Shown: positions 31,562 through 43,409 of the stretch, in pieces
Position numbering within the stretch: position 1 is the stretch's first letter
Layout: every line of letters starts with the position of its first letter
From: Eledone cirrhosa
Taxonomy: Eukaryota
NCBI GenBank assembly: GCA_964016885.1
Contig: OZ024743.1
Coordinates: forward strand, 41,850,001-41,914,000
DNA: 64,000 nt
Reading direction: 5' to 3'
The notes under the pieces: generated by a model
Databases searched by the model: none
Seen by the model: only the letters and a program-made list of their open reading frames with translations
What the model was told of the DNA's origin: nothing
Translations under genes and position numbers: made by a program

Positions 31562-33420
31562 ATATATCTATCTAAGGCGGGTAAAATTCCCGAGATTCAT
31601 GGACGAGTTCTCTCCAGCGGTCTCTGTCCCTCATTATCGCTGCCATATCCTGCATCTCCAACAGACCAGTGTCTGTCCTTAGGGCATCAACATATGTTAA
31701 CCTTGATCTTCCTCTTCTAGTGTGTCCATGTAGGGGCTCCCAAAGGAGCACTGAGTGCAATGTCAACTCTGCATGTCGGTGAGCATGTCCAGCCAACCTC
31801 AATCTCCTCTGTGTCACTTTTGAGCTGACTTTTGGGATGCTCCCATACAGCTCTGAGTTTTTCATCCTCAGTGTATACGGATTAATGTTCAGAGCCATCC
31901 TCAGCCATCCTCGTGTAGCACCCATCCACCATCTGAGTTAGTCTCTTGGTCAGTGTCCAAGTCTCAGACCCATACAGCAGCACAGACTCCACTACAGCAA
32001 TGAAGAGGCGGATTTTCAGGTCTCTACGAAGGTCCGACTTCCACACCGATCTCAAGCTGTGACACGCCGCCCGGGCCTTGCTCTTCCTCTCAACCACATC
32101 ATCTTCCGTATTCCCAATCTTTGCTCCCAAATACAGGAAGTCCTCAACCAATTCCAGCGGCTTCCCGCCTACATTAGTGATCCCTTCTGGCTTCTCAACA
32201 TTCTCTACCAGATATTTTGTTTTAGTCTCATTCATTCTCAGCCCCACACTCATCGACACAGTCTCAACCTCCCGCATCAAATCCTCTGCCTCCTTCACTG
32301 TATTTGTCACCAAAACTATGTCGTCGGCAAATTCAGCATCCGATACCTTTTTCGCCCCAACTCTCCTGCTCTGAGCCGGTGCTACAGTAAAGCCAGAGTC
32401 CTGGTGTTTCTCCAGTGCAAGGCGCATACAATAGTCCACTACGATGATAAAAAGGTAGGGAGCCAATGTATCTCCCTGGAGCACTCCAGCCAGTATCTCA
32501 AAGAACTCTGTCATCACATCAGGTGTAATGACTTGGGCTTTGGTGTTGGTGTAGAGCAGTGATATCAGGTCTACTATCCTCTTGGGGATTCCATAAGCCT
32601 GTAAGATCTTCATCATGCAGTAACGGTCCACAGAATCAAAGGCCTTCCTAAAGTCAATGAAAACCATGACCGCAGGAAGGCACTTTGCTCTAGCTCCCTC
32701 TAATATCCTCCTCAGCATCAGGATGTGACTGGTGGTTGATCTACCCTCTCTGAAGCCGTTCAGGTTGTCCCTGAGCTTCTTCTCTATCTCAGGCTGGATC
32801 CTGTTAAGAATCATCCTGTTGAGGGTCTTTGCCACAAGTGACGTCAGTGAGATCCCCTGGTAGTTGTTGGTGTTAGAGAGATCTCCCTTCTTTGGCACTG
32901 GGACGATGTTACTGATCCTCCACTGATTCGGGGCAACTCCTTTATCCAGTGCCCCGTTACAGAACCCCAGGATGATATCATCAAAATCACACCTCTTCAT
33001 CACCTCTGATGCCACTCCATCTTCTCCATGAGCCTTGCCCTCCTTGATCTTCTTCTTGGCTCTCTGAAGCTCCTCTCTGGTGAAGGGCTCTGTCTCAACA
33101 TCCAGTTCCTCAAACAGCCGCCTGATTTCCCCAGTGCTCTGGGCTGTGGAGGATAGCTCTCCTAGTAGGGTTCTAAAATGGTCTAGCCATTTCCTCTTCC
33201 TATCCTCGGCCCCGTTCCCTGGATCTGACTCGAACACCTTTTCTTCCTCCCTGTGATCTTGTTGCTGATCATCCAGCTCTCCTTACATCCAGATCTGTCA
33301 ACCGATCTCTCCACACTTCTGATCTTCTCTATCAGTGCCTCCTCTCTGACCTCAGTGTAAGCGGTACAGAGCTCTTCCCTCATCACCTCCACAGTCTCCA
33401 TCCTCTCCTCCGTAGGATCA

Positions 33421-33423
<3 letters not shown>
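31562..33423 (-). mobile_element. 5'-truncated RTE-clade LINE; RT largely open
   Basis: ORF 31882..33237: IVPVPKKGDL, YQGISLTS, FIDFRKAFDSV, GVLQGDTLAPYLF, FADDI, FLYLG, VLLYGSETW. Frameshifted C-terminus RRLRLAGH...RRGR. Short (TAGA) tail. Confidence 0.95.
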
Positions 33424-33499
<76 letters not shown>

Positions 33500-33501
<2 letters not shown>

Positions 33502-33752
33502 GTTATTGAAATAACAGATTAAAGTTTAAGCGAGGAATCGCTGCTTTCACTCTTAACGCGATCTTCTGAAGATCCCGTTAAGGGTGGAGCAACGATTCTT
33601 TGCTTAAACTTTAGAGTCTTTAAAATCTAATAAATATTTAAAACTTTATAAACTTTAAGAAATATTTGCCCTATAATTTTATATATGTTTATATATATAT
33701 TATCCTTATCGAGCCCTCTTCGGATTTTAGTCTTCACATTTATTATTGTTAC
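33500..33752. mobile_element. Fold-back family A element (axis 33567), older copy
   Basis: gatcttc-t-gaagatc axis, the reverse complement of the junction at 9084. Confidence 0.75.
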
Positions 33753-34206
33753 TAAATAAATATATATATATATATGTGTATGTGTGTATGTGTGTATGTG
33801 TGTGCGTGTGTTATATTATATTATATCATTTTAATGCAGTGAATTGGCAGTTACTAGAACGCCAGTTAGAAGCTTTGCGTTATTCATTTCAGCTTTCAAC
33901 ATTCTCTGTATTCGAACATTTTGAGCTCAAAATTGTCTTTCATATTTTCAAGGTCGATGAACAATATACCAGTTCAGCACTGGGATCGACTTTTCATCTG
34001 TATTTCGTTCTTCCCCCCTCTCCCTCTACTCTGGAGTATATCGTTGATCCCAGGACTCGACAACGAGGTGCATGTATAAACATACGTTAAAATTGTAATT
34101 TACGATCAATAGATAACAGTTCAGAAATTTGATTGGTTGCTAGAAATAACGGTTAACTGATCGATTAGAAATGGAATGTTCGATTAAATAAGCACATCAT
34201 TATGCT

Positions 34207-34237
<31 letters not shown>

Positions 34238-34621
34238 AATGATATTGATATTGATAATTATGATGGTAAGTCGGATGTTATAATATAACCGAATATCGGT
34301 AGTTAAATATAAAGCAGGGAGCAATATCAATATTTTTTATTGTTATCTTTAATTATAAGAATTAAGAATGTCATGAGTACTCGTAATATACCTTCAGACA
34401 TCCGCCTGCAGGAAAAGACAACTATGGACACAGGAGTTATGCGTAATAACTTGAACTGTGCAGAAACCTTATGCATACACACGCACGCGTGCGCACGTAC
34501 ACGCATACACACACACACCGACACGCATACATACACAAACATACACACACACATATGTTTATATAGGATAAGAAGTTATCGTTTAAGGAAATGCAGCTAG
34601 TGGTTGTACGTACTCTGTATT

Positions 34622-34905
34622 GTGGGGATTTGAAATCAGACCGTAAAGGGACGTAACTGTGCTAGAAAGCATGACGTCCAACCCTCTTCCGATACTGCCA
34701 ATTCACCGCCTTTAGTATAATAATTGTTTCTAATTTAGGCACAAGGCCAGCAAATACACAGTACATTACTGGTACTTTATTTTATAAACCCCGTAAGGAT
34801 GAAAGGTAAAGTTAACCTCTGCGGGATTTGAACTCAGACTGTAAAGAGACGTAACTATGCTAGAAAGCATGGCGTCCAACCCTCTACCGATACTGCCAAT
34901 TCACG
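34622..34905 (-). mobile_element. Two tandem SINE copies (34722-34905 full; 34622-34712 head only)
   Basis: Same consensus; head ggcggtgaattggcagtatcgg. Confidence 0.88.
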
Positions 34906-34909
34906 GTGT

Positions 34910-35520
34910 CTACAGGATGGGTGGGGTTCAATGGTTTAAAGAAAAGGGAAGTTCTTTAGAAGCTAATTCTTTAAGGGGAAATAAGGGTGACTAAGGCAGA
35001 AAGTGTTTCATCTCCAGATTCAAGAGTTGCGGTGATTCCCCTTTTTGTGAAGTTTCTCTTAATATATATTCCAGGTGTCGACAAACACGTTCAGACACGC
35101 GCCTACTTACACACGTACCCACAAACACTTTGTAACTTTCAAATACCTTAAGCCAGTGTTAATGCCAGGTGGCAAAAAAAGATTCCTTTTGTCTTTTAAA
35201 AAAACCCACTCGACAAAGTACCCCATCCACCACCTTCCTACCCGAAACACGGCTCTATGGTCATGTAAGTACTTCTTACCTATCTGTTCTTTCCACATGT
35301 AGAGCGTACTTCATCTTGATACTGAATATATATGTGTGTGTGTGTGTATTTGTGTATTTGTGTATATTTATGAGTGTATGTATGTACGTATTTGTATGAG
35401 TGGCCGTACGATTGTATGAGTATATTTGTGTGTAAGTGCGTTTATATGTATATGCGTATATGTGTATGTATGTGTGTGTCTGTATATATATATATATGTA
35501 TATGCATATATATATATATA
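34910..35520 (+). mobile_element. Naiad-type PLE 3' end with microsatellite UTR and inverted UTR piece
   Basis: HKHFVTFKYLKPVLMPGG matches the C-terminus at 12861 ([18 protein letters not shown]). 34912-34975 resembles 9960-10020 and is inverted at 42925-42990. Confidence 0.65.
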
Positions 35521-35850
35521 TATTGTTATACTTTTGGAGGGTTATGTTGCCATTAAGAAACACACGCACCAGTTGCTTTCACTTCAATTTATTATAATAA
35601 ATTTATAAATTTAGGAATTTATAAATTTCCGGTTGGTTAGTTGGTTCCACAACCAGATGGTTGTGGAACCAACCAACTAACCGGAAATTTATAAATTCCT
35701 AAATTTATAAATTTATTATAATAAATTAAAATGAAAGTAACTGGTGCGTGTGTTTCTTATTGGCAATATGACCTTCCCAAAGTATAACAATATCGGTTTC
35801 AACACACGTTTTCAGATAAAGAATCTTGCTAAACAAATTCAGAAACGATA
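35520..35850. mobile_element. Fold-back element (arms ~35520-35655 / 35658-35793)
   Basis: Axis ccacaacca-ga-tggttgtgg; degenerate HHR-like cagatgg...ggaaa-tttataaa followed by AATAAA. Confidence 0.7.
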
Positions 35851-35858
35851 TATATATA

Positions 35859-35901
<43 letters not shown>

Positions 35902-35902
<1 letters not shown>

Positions 35903-36778
35903 GAGGTGTGTCAGAAACGTTCCAGGACTTATGTCGCAAAGGATTTATTTCAAACACAAACTTCACACTAAGAGTTTTCTCCTTCAAGGTAATCCCCCTG
36001 GAGTATGTAACTGTAATCTTAGCTCTCTGCACCGATCAAATTTTTTCTTCATAATTTTATATATATGTCCTCAGTTTCAGATCGTCAAGCAATGAGCACA
36101 GAGCAATGAACAAACTTGAAGTTTCTGATACGGTTGGGGAAAACTCCGTTAGAAGCACTGCGATTGCAGCAGTAAGTGTATGGAGATGAGACGATGTCAC
36201 GCTCAGTGTTTTTGAGTGCTGTAAGATGACCCCAGGAGCGGAAGGCCCTCAACAACCAGGACTGAGGTCAATGTTGAGCGCGTCAGGCAGATGGTGCGTA
36301 GTGATCGTCGGCTGACTGTTCGACTGATGGCAAATGAGCTGGAAATGATTCGGGACAGCGTCTGGAATATTCTCACTGAAGATTTGGATATGCGGAGAGT
36401 CTGCGCGAAGATGGTGCCAACACTGCTGAACGATGACCACAAGGGTCGACACATGCAGTGTGCCAGGACATCTTCGAGCGTCTTGAAACCGAACTTGCTA
36501 GGGACAATCATCACCGGTGATGGTCATAAATCTTCGAGTACAACCCGGAGGGGACCTGTTTTGAAGACGTGGACGACATCAAATAGGCCGTGACGACGAA
36601 ACTGCGGAGGATCCCGGAAGAATCCTTCCAGGAGTGCATACAAGCGTGGCAGAAAAGGATGGAAAAGTGCATTGGACTCAAGGGGGATTACTTTGAAGGA
36701 GAAAACTCTTATGGTGAATTTTGCGTTTGAAATAAATCTTTTGTGACATCAGTCCTGGAACTTGTATGACACACCTCG
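35902..36778 (+). mobile_element. Internally deleted mariner (Tc1/mariner) DNA transposon
   Basis: ~65-bp TIRs cgaggtgtgtca...tgacacacctcg in TA context. Transposase remnants DDPRSGRPST, SDRRLTVR, RRVCAKMVP, IITGD, WQKRMEKC...GDYFEG. Confidence 0.93.
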
Positions 36779-36811
<33 letters not shown>

Positions 36812-36872
36812 ATATATGTATCTATGTGTGTATGTGCATATATGAATATGTGTATGTGTATATATATATATA

Positions 36873-39071
36873 CAGTGGCGTACCTAGGGTGTGGCAAGCA
36901 GGGCTCATGCCACGGGCACCATATTTAGGGGAGCGCAATTTCGACCTAGATCGATTTATATCCATGTCGTTTTTATCATTTTTAAAAATATAAGGCAAAA
37001 ATGAAGCATGTGATTTCTTGATAGCCGACTTCCACGCCATGTCTAGTGCACTAGACAAAGCAGATCTCTGATTTGACTTCAGAAAAACGCCCCCCTCCCC
37101 TTCCACACTTACAGCAGTGTCGGTTGCAACTATGTGGACGCTATTTTTAGCTATACATTGCAAAACAGTAGATACCTCACTTGACCTCGCAAAACGCCCC
37201 ACCACCTCGACATACTGACGGAAGGGACGTAGTTTTGCACGTGCAACTGGTGGACACGCATTGCAATGACTAGTACAAGATAATTATAATTATGAAGCTG
37301 GTTTACAAAACAGAGTAGTTTGTATTTTACAACTGGACGTATAGCAAAGGTATCATAATCCAAATGGCCAGATAGGATCGGATAGCTTCTATTAGGAATT
37401 CAATTTGACTCCAGTTTAGATGGTTCAATGTTTTCTTCTATAATACAGTTCGTCAGAATTTACTAAATCGTTTCCAAAAATCAAGATACTATGGTCTGCT
37501 GATTGATTCGACCCTTGACCAGGCGCACCGAGAACAACTGTCAAAAGTTGTGCGATATGTCGATGTTGATTTCAATATGAAGACGGTCGTTGTGAGGGAA
37601 TCTTTTCTTGGATTCATTCAAGTAATCAAAAAAGATGCCGCAAGCCTTGTTGAAACAATCGTGAAAGAGCTAGAAAAAGATGACCTACCACTGCAGAACG
37701 ATCGCAGTGCTACCACAATGCTGCCATAATGGTTGGGCACCGCGGTGGGGTTCAGCAGAGAATGAGAGAGAAGAGTAATTTGATTCACTTCGTTAATTGC
37801 GATAACAATTCACTTAATCTGGCTGGTCTTCATGCAGCCAAAGACAATTCTACTATGATGAACTGTCTCCGTTGCATTGACTCGTTATACAACTTTTTTT
37901 CTCATTCAACACAATGATGGGATTCCCTTAAGGAAGTTGCTCCAGTTGTTGTTAAATATGCTTCCGACACGCGGTGAAGTGCTAGATGTACCGCAGTCAG
38001 GACGGTGGCGAATTATTTGACGCTGATTGTTCAAGTTCTCGAAAAAATTAGTGATGATGAAACAGAGACATGCGAGAGTAGAAGTGATGCCAGTATCTCC
38101 ATAATAGGATACTGAGTTATGAATTCCTGAACATGATTGGATTCTGGAACACGATTCTCTCACGGATTGACCGGGATCGAAAGAGACTTAAAGATCCAAG
38201 AACGCATTTTCACGATGCTGCAGCTGATATAGGAGCCCTTCAACTTTAGCTTAAAGAAGAAGGAACATCCTTAATCCACGAGTCTCTTGAAATAGGCTTC
38301 GACCTCTGCTAGAAATGGAATGTCGATTTTCCGAGGAGGCGAGGAAGACGACAAGCCAATACCGAACTTACTGAGGACGTCTAGGTGGCTGCCAGAAAAG
38401 AGATAGAGAGAGCAATGCAAAGTTCACTCAATCGTCTTCAAACAGAAATGGAAGAACAGTTTATTCCACTTAAGGAAACCGACTCAAGTTTTGGCTTTCT
38501 TCTTGATGTCAACTATCTGTTTTATTTGGCTGCTCCTGAGAACCTTGTCCTTAAACAAAGGTGCAACAGTGTTGCGGAACTATGCAACCACGACATCGAC
38601 GGAGAGCAATTATATGAGGAAATCTTGGACTGCCGATCTTTGCTGGCTAGGAGGACAGCTGACCCAATGTTAAAGCCGGAGACACCTCTCCAATTCATCA
38701 TACAATACGGCAATGAATATGTTTTTCCCAATTTGCGAATCAGCATTCAAATAATGTTGACGATTTCTATTTCAATTGCCAGTTACGAGAGGTCGATCAG
38801 CAAGCTGAAGCTAATACTTTGCGAACCTCAATGGGCCAACAACGGCTGACTAACCTCGCCCTTTTGAGTGTAAACATCGAAATTTGAACGAACTGATTTC
38901 GAGGAAATTATCAACCAGTTTGCCTCATTATATGCTCGTAAAATCAAGTTGTAACCGTTTTTTTTAAATTATAAATTCTACCGCGATTTCGTCTTTGTGG
39001 TTCTTCACTTTTTGATGGGGGGCGCGCAATTTTGATGCTTGCCATGGGCGCCGTTTACCCTAGCTACGCCA

Positions 39072-39074
<3 letters not shown>
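36873..39074 (+). mobile_element. Decayed hAT transposon (Tip100/ZMYM1-like transposase)
   Basis: TIRs cagtggcgtacctagggt / accctagctacgccactg, with tatatata on both sides. Motifs ESFLGF, MVGHRGGVQQR..FVNCDNNSLNL and the hATC dimerisation FPNLRISIQIMLTISISIASYERSISKLKLI. Confidence 0.93.
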
Positions 39075-39109
<35 letters not shown>

Positions 39110-39111
<2 letters not shown>

Positions 39112-39823
39112 CGAAGGAAATGTGGTAAGGAACCAACTGGACCATAACGCACCAAAGTACTCAATACTTAGGGTAGTAGAGTGGGTAATAGGAACAAGTA
39201 AGACCCCGACGGCTGAGCTCAAGCCGTTTCGACGGCTAATTCTGATTACTTCTGTATTGTATTTATTTACTTTGTTCTTAACTCTGTAGCGGAGATTCAT
39301 TTGGTCTCCTAGTTAGAATTTTAGTCTACGATTTCTGCTATACCATTTACGTGATTTTGTCTTTGCGTGCTATTGTTCTCCACGCTCCACATATGACTTA
39401 TTATCCTCGTTTTTTCGTTCATTGCCAGAGAACGTCTCTATGCACCACCTAAGAGAACATTAGTCTACGACCTCTTTTATACCATAAACGTGGTTTTGTC
39501 TTTGCGCGTAATTGTTTTTCACCGCTCCTATTAATGACGTATTATTCGTTTTTTCCCGTTCTTTGCCAGCGAACGTTACCACGAACCAAAGTATCGTCTT
39601 CCTGTCTTCCTCCGGTTGCAACGTTTTTTGAAATATCCAGTTCTGCGTTTACAGATTGACTTTGTTAGTTTCAGAAGATCCCGTTAAGGGTGAAAGCAGC
39701 GATTCTTTGCTTAAACTTGAATCTGTTATTTTAATAAATATTTGCTCTACGGTTCTGATATATTTGATATATATTTTCCTTATCGAGCCCTCTTTGGATT
39801 TTAGTCTTCAACTTTATTATTAT

Positions 39824-39826
<3 letters not shown>
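39110..39826. mobile_element. Composite of family B (39110-39250) and family A (39572-39826) pLTR-like sequences facing outward
   Basis: B matches 60814-60930; A matches 61878-62101; ~130-bp direct subrepeat (39320-39440 / 39460-39585) between them. Confidence 0.7.
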
Positions 39827-39877
<51 letters not shown>

Positions 39878-39889
39878 ATGTGTGTGGGT

Positions 39890-40645
39890 GTGTATATTCT
39901 TGTTTGTTTAAATGTCTCTCTTTCTCCACCCAATTCTCTTTATCCCAATAACTTTAGTTATTGCTTGCGCTGGCCTGAGGTATCTGATCTTTAATGCGAA
40001 TAAATGCCTAACATGGCCAGAAGATCACTGATGATGGATAGTCCTGGCTTATTACTCTAATTTTAAATCCTATGTATCACATCCGTAACAACGCAGCACG
40101 ACATTTTTTCATCCCTGTATTTTTTCCATTCGCTGGGACCTGTCTTTCTCTTTCTTGATGCTATCCTCTTTCTCTCTCCCCATTCTCTCTCATTGTACCT
40201 CTTACTTTCATTCACCCCTCTGCTAGTCACCCTCTCTCGGTTAGACTCTTCCTCACACTTTCACTCACTCACTCTCTGCTACTCACCCTCTGTCACTTCC
40301 CCCCGTTTGACTCGTCTGAAATTCTGTTCTCGCTCACATTTCGCATGGCTGGGATGCGTCTTTCGTCTTCTCGTCAATGATTCGCTAGATTTTATGTTCA
40401 CTTTTATCACTGAGTTGATTTCTCATTTTTCACTCTTTACGTTGCCTAACCATTCTTGTGTGTTTACATGTCTCTCTTTCTCCACCCAATTCTTTTTATC
40501 TTTTATCCCAATACTTTATTTAGTTATTGCTCACGCTGGCCTGAGTTATCTGATCTTTAATGTGAAGAAATACCTATGATGGCCAGAAGATCACTGATAA
40601 TGGATACTCCTGGCTTATTACTCTCATTTTAATTCATAAATATAG

Positions 40646-40676
<31 letters not shown>

Positions 40677-40806
40677 GATATATATGTATTTATATATTTT
40701 GGATATATGTGTGTGTATGTGTGTATTTGTGTATTTATTTTTATATATTTTATATATATATATGTTTATATGTGTATATGTGTATGTATGTGAATATATG
40801 TATGTG

Positions 40807-40853
<47 letters not shown>

Positions 40854-41078
40854 ATGTATATATATATATGTATATGTATATGTGTATATATATATATATA
40901 TGTATATATATATGTGTGTGTGTGTAAGTGTATGAATGTATGCGTATATGTACGTGTTTCTATATATATGTGTGTTTATGTGTATGTATGTATATGTATA
41001 TATATATATATATATTGTATATATATATATGTGTATATGTATATATATATATATATATTGTATATATATATATATGTG

Positions 41079-41128
<50 letters not shown>

Positions 41129-41716
41129 AATTAAAAATGGCGAGCTGTTTTGTTGCAAATATGATATATATAAAAATGAAGAATTAGAAATAGAAGTTAG
41201 GAATATCCGTCATCAGTGGTCTACTAGCCATCATAGGTATTTCTTCGCATTACAGACCATATACCTCCGGCTAGGGCAATATAATAACTAAATTAAGTTA
41301 TTGCGATAAAAAGAGTTGGGTGGAGAAAGATAGACAGGTAAACAAACACGAATGGTGAGGCAACGTAAAGAGAGGAAAACATGAGAAATTCAAGACAATA
41401 ATTCATTTTGAACATAAGAACGTGCAAATATTGAGGAGAAGGCAGAAGACACACCTTGGCCGTGCGAAAGAATTTCGTACGGTGTGGGACGATGGAGGAA
41501 GTGAGAGAGAGGGTGAGTAGCAGAGAGTGAGTGAGTGAAAGTGTGAGGAAGAGGGTAGCCGAGAGACGCTGACTAGCAGAGGGGGTGAGTGAAAGTAAGT
41601 GGGAGAAGGAGAGAGAAGGGGGAGAGAGAAAGAGGATAGCAGTAAGGGCATAGAAAAAGACAGATCACAGCGCAGGGGAAAGCATATATGAATAAAAATG
41701 GCGAGCTGTGTTGTTG
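39890..41716. repeat. ~565-bp pLTR-like unit in partial tandem (39890-40640) with a diverged inverted copy (41132-41716)
   Basis: 39895-40068 repeats at 40460-40635. ORF 41403..41651(-) mirrors 40193..40579(+). cactgatga.ggata.tcc motif in each copy. Confidence 0.75.
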
Positions 41717-41838
41717 AATATATATATATATGTATGTGTGTTCATGTGTATATAAATGTATGTTTATATATATGTAGTTTATTATATGAATAGAAAACAG
41801 GCCATACAAAGTATGTGGTTTTTAGTTTCACACACACA

Positions 41839-41885
<47 letters not shown>

Positions 41886-41990
41886 GGTGTGTGTGTGTGT
41901 GTGGTGCATATATGTATGTATATGTGTACGTATGAATGTGTGTATGCGTGTGTATGCATGAGAGCGTGTGTGTGTATATATATATGTATG

Positions 41991-42598
41991 TCAGGTCACT
42001 AGTTGGTGCTACTGGTAACATGTATCCCAGTACAACCTGTCTCATGGCCGGGTCGTTGGCGACTAAACTGGCAACCCCACCAAGGTTTCTTGGTGAGGAG
42101 GGTGACTTTGGACATCCTGCAGGACTAAAAACAAAACCTGTCAAAGGGCAAAGGAGCTCTTAAGAGTCAATGGCCATCCAAAATCACCGGGAGAGATGAC
42201 CCCTTAGCCTTTGTCAAGGCAGAATTCTAGGAGAAGGAAAACTCTGATATAACACCTGCAACTCTGATGGTATCCAATGATGTTGACTTGTTCTTCTTTT
42301 TGGTAAATATCATCTTGGTTAAGAGAGTGGGACTGGCTTTGTGCAGTGCCTTTGCTCACTATAAAAGCTTCACGGCACAGGCATTGCTTTATATCTGGAG
42401 ATCTCTCTGCACTTGTCGTCACATGGTACCATGGGCCCAGCACTATGTGTCAATAATTGTCACAAGTGTAGTGTTTGTACCAGAGTTTTCAAGTCGCTGG
42501 CTGGACTAAAAAGTCACACTCGTTCAGCGCATTGGTAGGGGTTCTCCTACATGGATATAAAGTAGTGGCCGTACTCGAAAACGAGTTGGCAGCCACCA
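41991..42598 (+). mobile_element. Probable non-autonomous element beginning with an RTE-like 5' UTR
   Basis: GC-richer island bounded by microsatellites; contains ctaggagaaggaaaactctga, which I associate with RTE-type 5' UTRs; structured 5' end. Confidence 0.45.
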
Positions 42599-43182
42599 TA
42601 TATATATATATATATATATATGTATATGTGTATGTGATAATATATATATATATATATGTGCGTATGTATGTACACATATATATGAATGTATGTATATATA
42701 TGTGTATATTTTTGTATATATGCATGTGCGTATGTACCATTATTTATGTTTGGTGTGTGTGTGTGCCTGCCTGTGTGTGCGTGCGGGTATGTGTGTGTAC
42801 CTGTGTGAATGTCCTTGTCGACACCTGGAATATATATTAGGAGATACTTCACAATAAGTGGAATCACCCCCAACATTTGAATCTATTGATGGAACCCTTT
42901 CTGTATTTGTCACGCTTATTTCAGCCTTAAAGAATCAGCTTCTAAAGAACTTCCCATTTCTTTAAACTATTGAACCCCACCCATCCTGCCTTACAGGCAT
43001 TGTTAGTCTAAGTGATAAACTAGGATTGGTATTCGACATTTGATTTTGTTTACAGTACTCTTTTTGCCTTTGTTAATACTATAGCTTTAAATTCTTCAAC
43101 CAATGACCTGCACCCATACCGATCCTCACCCTTTCCTACCACCAGAAAAGAAAAGATATAAATACTACTACTTACTCGGACA

Positions 43183-43382
43183 NNNNNNNNNNNNNNNNNN
43201 NNNNNNNNNNNNNNNNNNNNNNNNNNNNNNNNNNNNNNNNNNNNNNNNNNNNNNNNNNNNNNNNNNNNNNNNNNNNNNNNNNNNNNNNNNNNNNNNNNNN
43301 NNNNNNNNNNNNNNNNNNNNNNNNNNNNNNNNNNNNNNNNNNNNNNNNNNNNNNNNNNNNNNNNNNNNNNNNNNNNNNNNNN
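43183..43382. other. Assembly gap (200 N)
   Basis: Run of N. Confidence 1.
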
Positions 43383-43409
43383 AATGAAAATAATAATAAT
43401 AATAATAAT

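Noticed and set aside
34722-34905. tRNA gene suggested by A/B boxes
   Set aside because: No cloverleaf; it is the head of a multi-copy SINE.
42830-43182. Linking these PLE UTR-like pieces to the Dong element downstream
   Set aside because: Separated by a 200-N gap; adjacency and distance are unknown.
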